Shown here one piece after another: positions 1 through 9,306 of a stretch of 43,881 bases of DNA. Under the pieces are notes generated by a model, which saw only the letters and a program-made list of their open reading frames with translations, ran no database searches and was not told the DNA's origin. Source of the stretch: Deltaproteobacteria bacterium (GTDB lineage: Bacteria > Desulfobacterota > Dissulfuribacteria > Dissulfuribacterales > QOAL01); NCBI GenBank assembly GCA_026985565.1, contig JALSQG010000076.1, positions 1-43,881 of the forward strand. The letters are read 5' to 3'. Both the position numbers and the translations under genes were made by a program. The number at the start of each line of letters is the position of its first letter. Within the stretch, counting starts at the first letter, position 1.

Positions 1-459
1 TCGAAAAATGATATTGTAGTCATAAACCAAGAAACCCGAAATCTGGTTTCATCGTTGTTGTTTTTCCCGAAAAACCCAGATATATTCACCAAATACCATA
101 TTTTTTCTATTTTTAGCATTTTTCAAAAATAATTTACAAAAACCAGGAAGTTGTTTGCCTGCCTCCCCCAACTGACGCAACTTCAATATTTTCGCCTTCT
201 TGTATTTTTGTTGAGAGCTTCCAGGCTAAACGCCAAACAACTTTTGTCCAGCCCAGACCAACGCCTGAATAATTACAAATTTTTCAAGCTGAAATTTAAT
301 TCAAAAAAACTCCTTTAATTTCAAAGTATTATAAACTTTTCTTTTTAAATCACTTGACTTTTCAAAAAATAGACCAAGTTTAATGTCACTGCACAATGAT
401 ACAATTTTGTAAAAAATTTTTTAGTAAAATTACAAAAAAATCAAAAAAGGAGTTGAAAA

Positions 460-1077
460 ATGAAGGAATCTGAAACACCAATAGTCACCGCAAACAATTT
501 TACATGGGGAGATGTGAAAAAAAACTGGAAGTGGCATCTTCTCCTGGGTTTTTTCTTTATCATCACAGGCACAATCGGTCTTGTAATAACACCCCTGGCA
601 ACACTTTCTTCGGTCCTTCTCTTTGCCTCTTTCATGATGGCTGGCGGCGTATTGCAGATCTGGGAAGCCATCAAGGGGGTAAACGGATGGAAGAGTAGGA
701 TGCCTCACCTAATTGGAGGGGCTCTGTATTTGTTTGGAGGCGTTGTGTGCGCCCTAAACCCAGTAGCAGCATCTTTGGCCCTCACTATAATACTGGCAGC
801 ATCCATCCTTGCAGCCGGAATTTTTCGGGTGATTGTGGCATTTCAACACAGAAAAGAGTTGCCTGACTGGGGTATACTGCTCGTCAGTGGCCTTGCATCA
901 ATTGCCATAGCCATTCTGATAGGATTTGCATGGCCATACTCCGCTCTTTGGACTCTTGGCCTCTTTATATCTATTGATCTTATTTTCAATGGATGGAGCC
1001 ATGTCGTGATTGCAATTGCAGCAAAGAAAAGGGCAATGGAATCATCAACAAACAAAAAAGCGATGCAAGAGGCTTAG
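460..1077 (+). CDS. HdeD/DUF308-type multi-pass membrane protein
   Basis: 205-aa ORF with an AAGGAG SD about 8 nt upstream. It has about six hydrophobic helices rich in G/A/L/I (LLLGFFFIITGTIGLV, GGALYLFGGVVCALNP, GLFISIDLIFNGWSHVVIAIAAKK), a pattern typical of HdeD-like proteins. Family assigned from memory, not a search. Confidence 0.55.
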   Translation: MKESETPIVTANNFTWGDVKKNWKWHLLLGFFFIITGTIGLVITPLATLSSVLLFASFMMAGGVLQIWEAIKGVNGWKSRMPHLIGGALYLFGGVVCALNPVAASLALTIILAASILAAGIFRVIVAFQHRKELPDWGILLVSGLASIAIAILIGFAWPYSALWTLGLFISIDLIFNGWSHVVIAIAAKKRAMESSTNKKAMQEA

Positions 1078-1130
1078 GCTAACCTGGCCTAAAACTCATA
1101 AAAACAAATAAATTGGTAAAGGAGGTTGTA

Positions 1131-2063
1131 ATGTCTGGAAAAATTATTGTATCACCCCAAAAGTGTGTTCTTGGCCTTTTGATAGGTTTTTGTCTCTTGT
1201 TTGCACCAATCGGTTCTGGTGCCTATGGAGAAAAACCGTCACAGCAAACAAAGAAGGAACAGCTTAAGACCTCGGCCCAAGTATCCAAAAACGCTCTTGA
1301 AAAAGAAAAGGAAAAAGCGGAAAATTTCAAGAAAGAACTTAACAAGAAGGCAATTCAGGCGGTATCTGAAACCTATAAGGTCCTTGATCTTCTGAATAAA
1401 AACAAGAAAAAAGAGGCACTTGATCTCCTCAAAAAGGTAATAGGAGAACTTGAAGTAATCTTAGCCGCAAACAATAAAGTCTCCCTTATTCCCATCAATA
1501 GTTACACCGTTGTAGTAGACACACAACTGTCCCCAAAAGAGATAGTTGAAAAAATAACTGAAGTGAGAAGGCTGCTTAGTCAAGGGGATGTCCAGGGTGC
1601 CAGGCTTCTTCTTGATACACTCCAAAGCGAGATCGATATAGTCATTGAGAACTTGCCCCTTGCCACCTATCCTGATGCAATGAAACTCGCCTCAAAGTAT
1701 ATAATCGACGACAAGGTGGATGAGGCCAAAAGCGTGCTTTCCATTGCACTTAACTCCATGGTGGTAAAAAAGATAGTGATACCCATTCCGCTGGTGAGGG
1801 CTTCGGACCTCATAGAGGAGGCATCAAAGACTGCAAAACAAGACAAGGAACAGGCCCTTAAGTATTTGAAGGAAGCCAAAAAACAACTACATCTTGCCAA
1901 GATACTCGGTTACGGAAAGGATGATCCAAACATCTACAAAGATTTAGAAAAACGAATAGATGACATCAAGTCGGAAATAAAAGGAAAGAATGAACCAGCA
2001 AAAATGTTCCAGGAACTCATTCAAAAACTCAAAGAATTTAAACAAAAATTGATTTCGTCCTAA
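1131..2063 (+). CDS. Secreted Lys/Glu-rich helical protein, YfdX-like (tentative)
   Basis: ATG at 1131 is preceded by AGGAGG; the ORF track starts 6 codons earlier at a TTG. N-terminal signal-like segment CVLGLLIGFCLLFAPIGSGAYG. Repeated A/L-rich helical segments (EALDLLKKVIGELE, GDVQGARLLLDTLQ, VDEAKSVLSIAL) resemble YfdX. Position next to an HdeD-like gene is consistent. Confidence 0.4.
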   Translation: MSGKIIVSPQKCVLGLLIGFCLLFAPIGSGAYGEKPSQQTKKEQLKTSAQVSKNALEKEKEKAENFKKELNKKAIQAVSETYKVLDLLNKNKKKEALDLLKKVIGELEVILAANNKVSLIPINSYTVVVDTQLSPKEIVEKITEVRRLLSQGDVQGARLLLDTLQSEIDIVIENLPLATYPDAMKLASKYIIDDKVDEAKSVLSIALNSMVVKKIVIPIPLVRASDLIEEASKTAKQDKEQALKYLKEAKKQLHLAKILGYGKDDPNIYKDLEKRIDDIKSEIKGKNEPAKMFQELIQKLKEFKQKLISS

Positions 2064-2086
2064 AAACCTTTGACATCTATTTCATT

Positions 2087-3349
2087 GTGAAGCCGTTGGT
2101 TTCGGCCAGCGGCTTTTTATTTGCTTTTTTCAAACCGAATGGATATCACTGGATTATTTTTGACACTTATAGATTGAAGGTAATAGTGGCATTGAACAAG
2201 AAACAAACAAAAATAGATACTCCTTCTGTTGTAAACATAGGATTGATAGTGGATGCAGATAACTATGTTTCACAAAAATGGACTTCTTTTTTGATAGAAA
2301 ATCTTGATAATGAATTTTCGAGGCGCTTTCCATGTTTTTCATGGGAATTTTCCATAGTGGAAAGACAAGATTTTCCTAAGAATGCACCAGTAGATCCGCT
2401 TTTTCTTTTAGAATATGGCGCTGACATAAAAATTGAGTATGGATTCGATTATGTGTTATTGGTAACGACTCTTCCCTTGTTGTCCCGTTTTGAGCAAGGA
2501 ATAAATGGCGTGCCATCCAATCTTCTTGAAGCAGCGGTTGTATCCCTTTCCAAAATATTGGAACTTCCAAATGAAAACTTGCAACGTAAGGCCTTTTTAT
2601 CCCTCACCAAGCACTGCCTTGGCCACCTGTGGGGACTTGATCACTCAGCTAACACCGTCATGAAACCAAGAAAATTTTGGACTGGCCAGCCCCCTCTTGA
2701 CTGGGACAAAAAGGAAGAGGAACAGATCAAACAAAACCTAAAAGAGATCGCAGACCCGAGGATTGAGGAACGGGGCGGTATCAAGAGCAAATGGAGATTC
2801 TATGTAAAAATGCTTCAGGAAGAGGGGCTATCCATCTTAAAAGATGTATTAGTAGTCCGCTCCGCCTTAATGATGTTTCATCTTGGTCGTTCCACTGCGG
2901 CCACTGCCGTCTCCATAATTTTCCTTTTTTTGAGCGCAGAGGCTTGGGAAATCGGCTCTGCAATGGACTCGGCGTGGTTAGACTTTGCCTTAGTATTTGT
3001 GATAATTTGTGCCACCCTTTCCTTCTATTTCGGACAAAATCTCCAGTCCATAAGCAGGAGCGATAAACTCAAGGAACAGGCAGTGCGATCAAGATTAGTA
3101 CTTTTAGGTACCATTTTCATGGGCATGTTTTCTTTTTGGATAAATCTTTTTGTAATATCGTATATTGTTATAAATATTTTACCTCAAGGTGTTTTGGCAG
3201 AATGGGCAGGAATTCATGGCAAGCCTATACCAGACCTTCATTTTTCAAAACTGATGGCGACATTTGGACTTATGGCCTCGGCCATAGGTGGGAACCTGGA
3301 AAAGGAACAGGACATAAAGGCACTTTTGATCTACACAGAGGAGACCTGA
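2087..3349 (+). CDS. Membrane protein with archaemetzincin-like (peptidase M54-like) domain lacking the catalytic Glu
   Basis: The motif TKHCLGHLWGLDHS fits HExxHxxGxxH with Glu replaced by Cys. Upstream, EAAVVSLSKIL resembles the archaemetzincin core. The C-terminal third has about 4 hydrophobic helices (AVSIIFLFLSAEAW, FALVFVIICATLSFYF, LVLLGTIFMGMFSFWINLFVISYIVINIL, LMATFGLMASAIGG). The GTG start at 2087 is uncertain because there is no nearby ATG. Confidence 0.55.
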   Translation: MKPLVSASGFLFAFFKPNGYHWIIFDTYRLKVIVALNKKQTKIDTPSVVNIGLIVDADNYVSQKWTSFLIENLDNEFSRRFPCFSWEFSIVERQDFPKNAPVDPLFLLEYGADIKIEYGFDYVLLVTTLPLLSRFEQGINGVPSNLLEAAVVSLSKILELPNENLQRKAFLSLTKHCLGHLWGLDHSANTVMKPRKFWTGQPPLDWDKKEEEQIKQNLKEIADPRIEERGGIKSKWRFYVKMLQEEGLSILKDVLVVRSALMMFHLGRSTAATAVSIIFLFLSAEAWEIGSAMDSAWLDFALVFVIICATLSFYFGQNLQSISRSDKLKEQAVRSRLVLLGTIFMGMFSFWINLFVISYIVINILPQGVLAEWAGIHGKPIPDLHFSKLMATFGLMASAIGGNLEKEQDIKALLIYTEET

Positions 3350-3353
3350 TTGG

Positions 3354-4253
3354 ATGAAAAGGGCCGTTGCAGGATATTTTAAAAGGCAGTGGGCTCATCC
3401 TTTACACCGTATCTTTTCCTCTTTCATGATTGCGCTCATATTCCTTAGTTCTGTTTGCCTTGTTCTGACAACAGAGCCATCAATTGAAAGACGTTATGGA
3501 AACTACCTGTGGCTCTTTGAGGCCTTCTCAAGCATGGCCTTCCTGCTGGAATATCTTTTGCGTTTATGGAGCTGTCCAGTAAACAGACCAGAAAGGGGCC
3601 CTTTTCGATGTCGTCTTGACTATGTCTTTTCATTCATGGGCATGGTGGATCTCCTGTCCTTTTTGCCATTTTTCCTCATTGTTGCCGGGTGGTCACAAAC
3701 GCCTCAACTTATGCTGGCTCAGCTTCTGCGCCTTCTTAAACTGACACGTTACTCTGTTGCCTTTGATCTACTTGCAGATGTGATAAAGGAAGAGTCGGAA
3801 TCCCTTCTCGTCTCTGTGATGCTCATGTTCATAATACTTATTTTTGCCTCAGTTGGCATATTCATCTTCGAACACGATGTGCAGCCAGAGGCCTTTGGCT
3901 CCATCCCAAAGGCAATGTGGTGGGCAATTGTCACCCTAACAACTGTGGGTTACGGTGATGTAACCCCCGTGACGGTCCAGGGCAAGATTTTTGCCACATT
4001 TATCACCATAGCAGGAGTTGGGCTTGTGTCTCTGCCAGCTGGTATCATTGCATCTGGTTTTACGGAGCAGCTTAGACTAAGGCGAGAAAAGTTCGAACTT
4101 GAGGTTGAGCAAATGATTCACGATGACGGCCGTCTGACCAAGGAAGAAATAGGCATCCTGGAAGAGGACAGGCAGCGTCTTGGAATCTCCAAAGACAATG
4201 CCCGGCTCATAATCAACCAGGTGGCCCATAGGGAGAAGACAAAAAACAAGTGA
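3354..4253 (+). CDS. 6-TM voltage-gated-type potassium channel
   Basis: Selectivity filter TLTTVGYGDVTP. S4-like LLRLLKLTRY with a basic residue at every third position. Six hydrophobic segments. GAGGAG about 10 nt upstream of the ATG, which lies 4 nt after the previous stop. Confidence 0.85.
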   Translation: MKRAVAGYFKRQWAHPLHRIFSSFMIALIFLSSVCLVLTTEPSIERRYGNYLWLFEAFSSMAFLLEYLLRLWSCPVNRPERGPFRCRLDYVFSFMGMVDLLSFLPFFLIVAGWSQTPQLMLAQLLRLLKLTRYSVAFDLLADVIKEESESLLVSVMLMFIILIFASVGIFIFEHDVQPEAFGSIPKAMWWAIVTLTTVGYGDVTPVTVQGKIFATFITIAGVGLVSLPAGIIASGFTEQLRLRREKFELEVEQMIHDDGRLTKEEIGILEEDRQRLGISKDNARLIINQVAHREKTKNK

Positions 4254-7174
4254 CGGGTCATTACGATTCCTTTAGCAAATCCCTGTCTGCAGGCAACCTG
4301 AAATCATTTCCAGCGGATCTTCTTTCCAAGGGAAAGGCCATTGTCTCAGACCTCCTTGGCCAAGACGCAAGGCTTCGTAAGTTCCTAAGTGAAAAGGATC
4401 GAAGACTGCTTGAAAGGATTTCAGTCCTTAGTCCCTTTGTCAGAAATATCATGCAAAGAAGACCCAACCTTCTTTGCAATCTCCTTGAAAGAGACCTCCT
4501 TGTAAAAAGTTTGCCACAAAAGGATTTATGGAAGATAGCATCTGATTTTCTAAATGATGCAAAAAATGAAGCTGATTATTGCACGAAAATCCGTAATTTC
4601 AGAAACGAGATGATGCTTCGTATCGCCATCAGGGATTTAGGTGGCATATGCGGATTCAAGGAAACCGTGGCTGATCTTTCATATTTGGCATGTATCTGCC
4701 TGGAAAAAACCATATCTTGGCTTGAACAGGACATGGATGTCAAATTCGGACAACCTTGTGATGAAACAGGAAGGCGGGTACGGCTCATAGTTCTGGGCAT
4801 GGGAAAATTAGGGGCATTCGAGCTAAACTTTTCCTCAGACATAGACCTTGTCTTTTCTTATTCCCGTCATGGAAAAACCAAGGGGGGCAAACACAGCATC
4901 ACCAATGATGAGTATTTTCTTGAGCAGTGCCGGCGCCTTGTAAGAATATTTTCCATGGTTACACCAGATGGTTTCGTTTTCAGGGTGGATACAAGACTTA
5001 GGCCCTTTGGAGACTCTGGCCCCCTGGTAATTTGTAGCGAGGCAATGGTTGAATATTATGAAAACCACGGACGCCAATGGGAGCGCTATGCCCTTTTAAA
5101 GGCCTCTGCGGTAGCTGGAGACATAGAGGAAGGAAACACTCTTCTTGAATCGTTAAAACCCTTTATTTACAGAAGGTATATTGACTATTCCACAGTTGAC
5201 TCCTTAAAGGAAATGAAGGCCATGATCCTTGCGGAACAGGCGGGGAGAACAGGCACTTATAACGTTAAACTTGGGCCAGGAGGCATAAGGGACATAGAGT
5301 TTGTGGTACAGACCTTTCAACTCATAAAAGGGGGAAGGATAAAGGCCCTTCAGGTACGGCCTCTCCTGGATGCCCTTGATGTGATAAAAAGGCTTAAACT
5401 TCTGGATGAAAATACGTGCACCAGCCTGGGCAAGGCCTACGTCTTTCTCAGGACTGTCGAGCACAGGCTTCAGGAATATGATGACAGACAGGTCCAGACC
5501 CTGCCAGAGGACAAACGCAGAAGGCAGCTTCTGTCCCTATCCCTTGGTTTTGATTCGTGGGCAAAATTCCACAAGGTCTATAGTGAGCACACAAACAAAT
5601 CGGCAAAGGTATTCAGGGGCCTTTTTGAAGAAAAAAGGGAGGCGGGGCAAACTTCAGAAACCTGCAGGCCCCATAAGACGGTTGAGGCCATGATGATATG
5701 GTCTGACCCCTTGGACGATAAGGCCCGAAGGGGCCTTTCCAGTCTCGGTTTTTCTGCGCCCGATAAGGTGGGAAAGCTCCTTTCCTCTTTTAAGGAATCC
5801 AAGAAGGTTAAGGCACTGTCTGGCCAGGTTCGGGAAATCATAGACACCCTTGTACCATCACTGATAGAGGTATCAACCACCACACCCAATCCAGACAAGG
5901 CCCTTGAGGCTGGCCTGAATATCTTTGAGGCCGTTCTTAAAAGGAGCATATACCTGGTTCTTCTAAATCAGCATCCTTCTGCCCTAAGACATCTTGTGTA
6001 TCTTTGCAGCAGAAGCAGGATGGTTGCAGATCTTCTAAGGCGTCAGCCAATACTGCTTGATGAACTTGTTAGTGGAGCTACTCTTTTTAGGAGTTATTCA
6101 AAAAATAATCTGAAGGAGCTGCTTGACACCAGCCTTTCGGCCATACGCCCCAACGACCTTGAACATTGGCTGGATGAGATAAGACGATTTAAAAAGGCGC
6201 ATATTCTTAGAATAGCTGCCACACAGCTAAGGGGCATGATAGATGCGTTTCGTGTCGGTATCGAGCTATCAAACCTGGCAGAAGTGTGTCTTGATGCGGT
6301 TTTCAACAGGGCCTGGAAGGATCTTTCTGAAAAGGGGCCTGATTTTGTTAGAAAATGTCGAAACTTTGCCTCCGGAGGACTTGCAGTTGTTGCATATGGC
6401 AAGCTTGGAAGCAAGGAGATGAACTACTCATCAGACCTCGACCTTGTTTTTCTCTATGACCACAAAAAATTTGGCAATCTCACAGTCGGGGAACAGGCAA
6501 ATCTTGGCTACTTCTATTCCAGGTTGATTCAAAGGGCCATCTTTCTTGTTTCTGCACGTACTTCCCAGGGGATTCTTTACGAAATTGACACAAGACTCAG
6601 GCCAAACGGATCCCAGGGCATTCTGGTTAGCACCCTATCCACCTTTGAGCACTATCAACATGAAAAGGCATGGACCTGGGAGCATCAGGCACTGATTAAG
6701 GCACGTTTTCTTGCTGGTGATAACGTTTGTGGCATGGCCTTTGAGAAGATAAGGGAAAAAGTTCTCGGTAAAAAAAGACAGCTCGTTCATTTAAAGACAG
6801 ATATCATTGAGATGAGAAACAAGATCACCAAGGCCCTTTCTCCAAAGCTAAAGGAAAAAGGATTGTTTCATATAAAAAAATCTCCCGGAGGGCTTACAGA
6901 TATAGAATTTATTGTGCAGTATCTCGTACTTGCGCATGCATATCGTGAAGCAGCATTGTTGCAATTTAGGGATGATCGTACTTTGATCAAGGTGCTTGAA
7001 GATTTGGGTCTGCTTACAAGGATTCAGGCAAAGAAACTTTCTGAACCACTAAGGTTTTATCAGGAACAGATAAGCCTTAAGGCGCTTGATCTTGAAGAGG
7101 CCGTTGTTGCTTCAGCAGATATTTATCATGTACGACAAGGAGTATTAGAGACCTGGGACCAGGTATTTTCATAA
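4250..7174 (+). CDS. glnE: Bifunctional glutamine synthetase adenylyltransferase / adenylyl-removing enzyme
   Basis: 974 aa with two nucleotidyltransferase modules, each carrying a GlnE signature: GMGKLGAFELNFSSDIDLVF and AYGKLGSKEMNYSSDLDLVFLY. The GTG start overlaps the channel stop (GTGA). Confidence 0.9.
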   Translation: MTGHYDSFSKSLSAGNLKSFPADLLSKGKAIVSDLLGQDARLRKFLSEKDRRLLERISVLSPFVRNIMQRRPNLLCNLLERDLLVKSLPQKDLWKIASDFLNDAKNEADYCTKIRNFRNEMMLRIAIRDLGGICGFKETVADLSYLACICLEKTISWLEQDMDVKFGQPCDETGRRVRLIVLGMGKLGAFELNFSSDIDLVFSYSRHGKTKGGKHSITNDEYFLEQCRRLVRIFSMVTPDGFVFRVDTRLRPFGDSGPLVICSEAMVEYYENHGRQWERYALLKASAVAGDIEEGNTLLESLKPFIYRRYIDYSTVDSLKEMKAMILAEQAGRTGTYNVKLGPGGIRDIEFVVQTFQLIKGGRIKALQVRPLLDALDVIKRLKLLDENTCTSLGKAYVFLRTVEHRLQEYDDRQVQTLPEDKRRRQLLSLSLGFDSWAKFHKVYSEHTNKSAKVFRGLFEEKREAGQTSETCRPHKTVEAMMIWSDPLDDKARRGLSSLGFSAPDKVGKLLSSFKESKKVKALSGQVREIIDTLVPSLIEVSTTTPNPDKALEAGLNIFEAVLKRSIYLVLLNQHPSALRHLVYLCSRSRMVADLLRRQPILLDELVSGATLFRSYSKNNLKELLDTSLSAIRPNDLEHWLDEIRRFKKAHILRIAATQLRGMIDAFRVGIELSNLAEVCLDAVFNRAWKDLSEKGPDFVRKCRNFASGGLAVVAYGKLGSKEMNYSSDLDLVFLYDHKKFGNLTVGEQANLGYFYSRLIQRAIFLVSARTSQGILYEIDTRLRPNGSQGILVSTLSTFEHYQHEKAWTWEHQALIKARFLAGDNVCGMAFEKIREKVLGKKRQLVHLKTDIIEMRNKITKALSPKLKEKGLFHIKKSPGGLTDIEFIVQYLVLAHAYREAALLQFRDDRTLIKVLEDLGLLTRIQAKKLSEPLRFYQEQISLKALDLEEAVVASADIYHVRQGVLETWDQVFS

Positions 7175-7194
7175 AAAATACATGGAGGCGGCAA

Positions 7195-9306
7195 TTGCTT
7201 ACCAGAAACAGATGGATTGAAATTGTGTTCGTATTGCTGATCCTTGCCTGTGCCTTAGGGGTAAGGTTAGAAGACATAAGAGATTGGAAGTCCCAGCCGC
7301 AGAGGGCATTCTACAAATCAGAACCCCTTTTGACCACCTTTGACGGCTATTACTATCTCACCCTTGCAAGAGACCTGTCAGAGGGAACCTATCTGCCTGT
7401 GGATGAAAAAAGGGCCGTTCCAGACTGCCCTCCACGTCCACAACCACCACCGCTTCTTTCCTCCATAGGATATATGGTTCATGAGATCACAGGGGCATCC
7501 TTTAACTGGATTGGTGTTGTCACACCGGCAGTGTTAGGGCTTCTGCTCTTTTTTCCTGTCTATGGGATAGGCCGCTTTTATGGAGGCCCACTAATGGGAT
7601 GCGTATCCGGCCTCTTCTCCCTCATGTCTTTCTATTACGTGTACAGGAGCAGCCTTGGCTGGTTCGATACCGACTGCATGAATGTAACCTTTGCCATGGC
7701 AGCGGTCTTTTTCGCCATCAAGTTTGGTGAGGACAAAACTTTCCGCCGTTATTTGTGGTTTGGTGCCACTGCGTTGAACTATGCCTTTTTCATGTGGTGG
7801 TGGGATCAAACTCCTCAGGTTGCAACGGTCATTGCCTGGCTGCCAATGGCGGTAGCCATGCTCCTTTTTTACAGGCCCCCCAAGAAGGAGGCCTTAACAT
7901 TTTTTGGGCTTCTGGCATTTTCGTCACTCCTTCTTTTTGCCATTAAGGGAATGGGGCTTCCGGTAAAAACCGTACAGGGCATTGTAAGCATGTATAAGTA
8001 CATCTCCAAAGAGGTGGCCGGTGACTTTCCAAATATCGGGGTTTCCATTTCAGAACAGGCGATACCAAGCCTACAGGAGATAATAGCAAAAACAACGGAC
8101 AGTGTGATTGCCTTTGTAACGGGCATTGTGGGGCTTCTATTTCTTTTTTACAGAATGAGAGTGAAGGCGTTGTATCTGGCAGTTCCCCTGATCCTGAGCG
8201 GTCTTTCTTTCTTTTTTGCAAAAAGATTTCTCATATTTCTTGCACCAACTCTTGCCCTAGGAATTGGCTGCATCATTTTTGAGTCTTACCATTTTGTCAG
8301 AACCACAAGTGGTAAGCATTGGTTCAGTTGGGCTGTTATCGCTGCTTTGGTAGCTATCCTCATATATCCGTCTGTTAGACGAGGAATAGATAAGACCTTC
8401 TGGCCAAAAGAACCCCCCTTTCTGATAAATGGAATGGTTGAGGTATCAAAAAAGACTCCAAAGAATTCGGTTATATGGGCGTGGTGGGATCACGGCTATC
8501 CAATGATCTACTGGGCTCGACGTGCCACCATAAACGATGGCCAGGTGCATGGGGGAGAGCGTTCCGTTTTTAACGGGCTACCATACACTACCGATAATGA
8601 GCGTCTTTCTGCAAATCTTATGAACTTCTTTGTACAGAGGGGAATAACAAATGGCACACATCTTGTCTACAGGGCCTTTGGCAACAATGCTACAAAGGGT
8701 TTCCATTTCATAAAGGAGGTCCTTTCTGCAGGCCCTGTCAATGCAGAGCGCATTATTGCCTCTTCCAACATCAAGGCCCAAAAGGGCATTGTGACCGTGG
8801 AGGATTGGTTGCGTTTCTTTTTTCCCAAACAGAGCCGACCTATCTATCTCTTCACGGACTGGCGACTTACTGTGACAAACTACTGGTGGTTTTGGCTCGG
8901 CTCATGGGATCCGGCAAGGCATAATGGAGTCCATCCTGGCTATGTACCCTTTTACAACACAAAGGTAGGGGAAAGATACATCACTGCACGCCAAAGCAAC
9001 GGAACACCTATAAAGGTGGATATGGATAAGGGCATAGCCTATGTCGCCCAACGAAAGATACCTCTTAAGGAGATATATATCAGATATCCCGACAGGTTTG
9101 AAAAAAAGAGCTTTCCTGTTTCAAAGGGCTTTAATTTTGAGGCTATTGCAGGAGGATACTCTGCCCTTATGGGTAACAACATTGCTGAGTCTGTCTTTAA
9201 CAAGTTATTTCTTAGGCATAAGTTCAACCAGGCATTTTTCGAACCGGTGGAACTTAAGACCCCAATGTTTCAGATATGGAAGGTAAAGGCAGAGTCCTAC
9301 GAATAG
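7195..9306 (+). CDS. STT3/PglB/AglB-family oligosaccharyltransferase
   Basis: WWDHGY (IWAWWDHGYPMIYW) matches the WWDYG catalytic motif. N-terminal FDGYYYLTLARD resembles PglB NDGYAFAEGARD. About 13 predicted TM helices are followed by a soluble C-terminal domain. TTG start 6 nt after GGAGG. Confidence 0.75.
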   Translation: MLTRNRWIEIVFVLLILACALGVRLEDIRDWKSQPQRAFYKSEPLLTTFDGYYYLTLARDLSEGTYLPVDEKRAVPDCPPRPQPPPLLSSIGYMVHEITGASFNWIGVVTPAVLGLLLFFPVYGIGRFYGGPLMGCVSGLFSLMSFYYVYRSSLGWFDTDCMNVTFAMAAVFFAIKFGEDKTFRRYLWFGATALNYAFFMWWWDQTPQVATVIAWLPMAVAMLLFYRPPKKEALTFFGLLAFSSLLLFAIKGMGLPVKTVQGIVSMYKYISKEVAGDFPNIGVSISEQAIPSLQEIIAKTTDSVIAFVTGIVGLLFLFYRMRVKALYLAVPLILSGLSFFFAKRFLIFLAPTLALGIGCIIFESYHFVRTTSGKHWFSWAVIAALVAILIYPSVRRGIDKTFWPKEPPFLINGMVEVSKKTPKNSVIWAWWDHGYPMIYWARRATINDGQVHGGERSVFNGLPYTTDNERLSANLMNFFVQRGITNGTHLVYRAFGNNATKGFHFIKEVLSAGPVNAERIIASSNIKAQKGIVTVEDWLRFFFPKQSRPIYLFTDWRLTVTNYWWFWLGSWDPARHNGVHPGYVPFYNTKVGERYITARQSNGTPIKVDMDKGIAYVAQRKIPLKEIYIRYPDRFEKKSFPVSKGFNFEAIAGGYSALMGNNIAESVFNKLFLRHKFNQAFFEPVELKTPMFQIWKVKAESYE

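Noticed and set aside
1-11. 11-nt identity (TCGAAAAATGA) between the window start and 36934-36944 in the tracr promoter region
   Set aside because: It is a short match between two very AT-rich, low-complexity regions with no extended similarity on either side, so it is probably chance.
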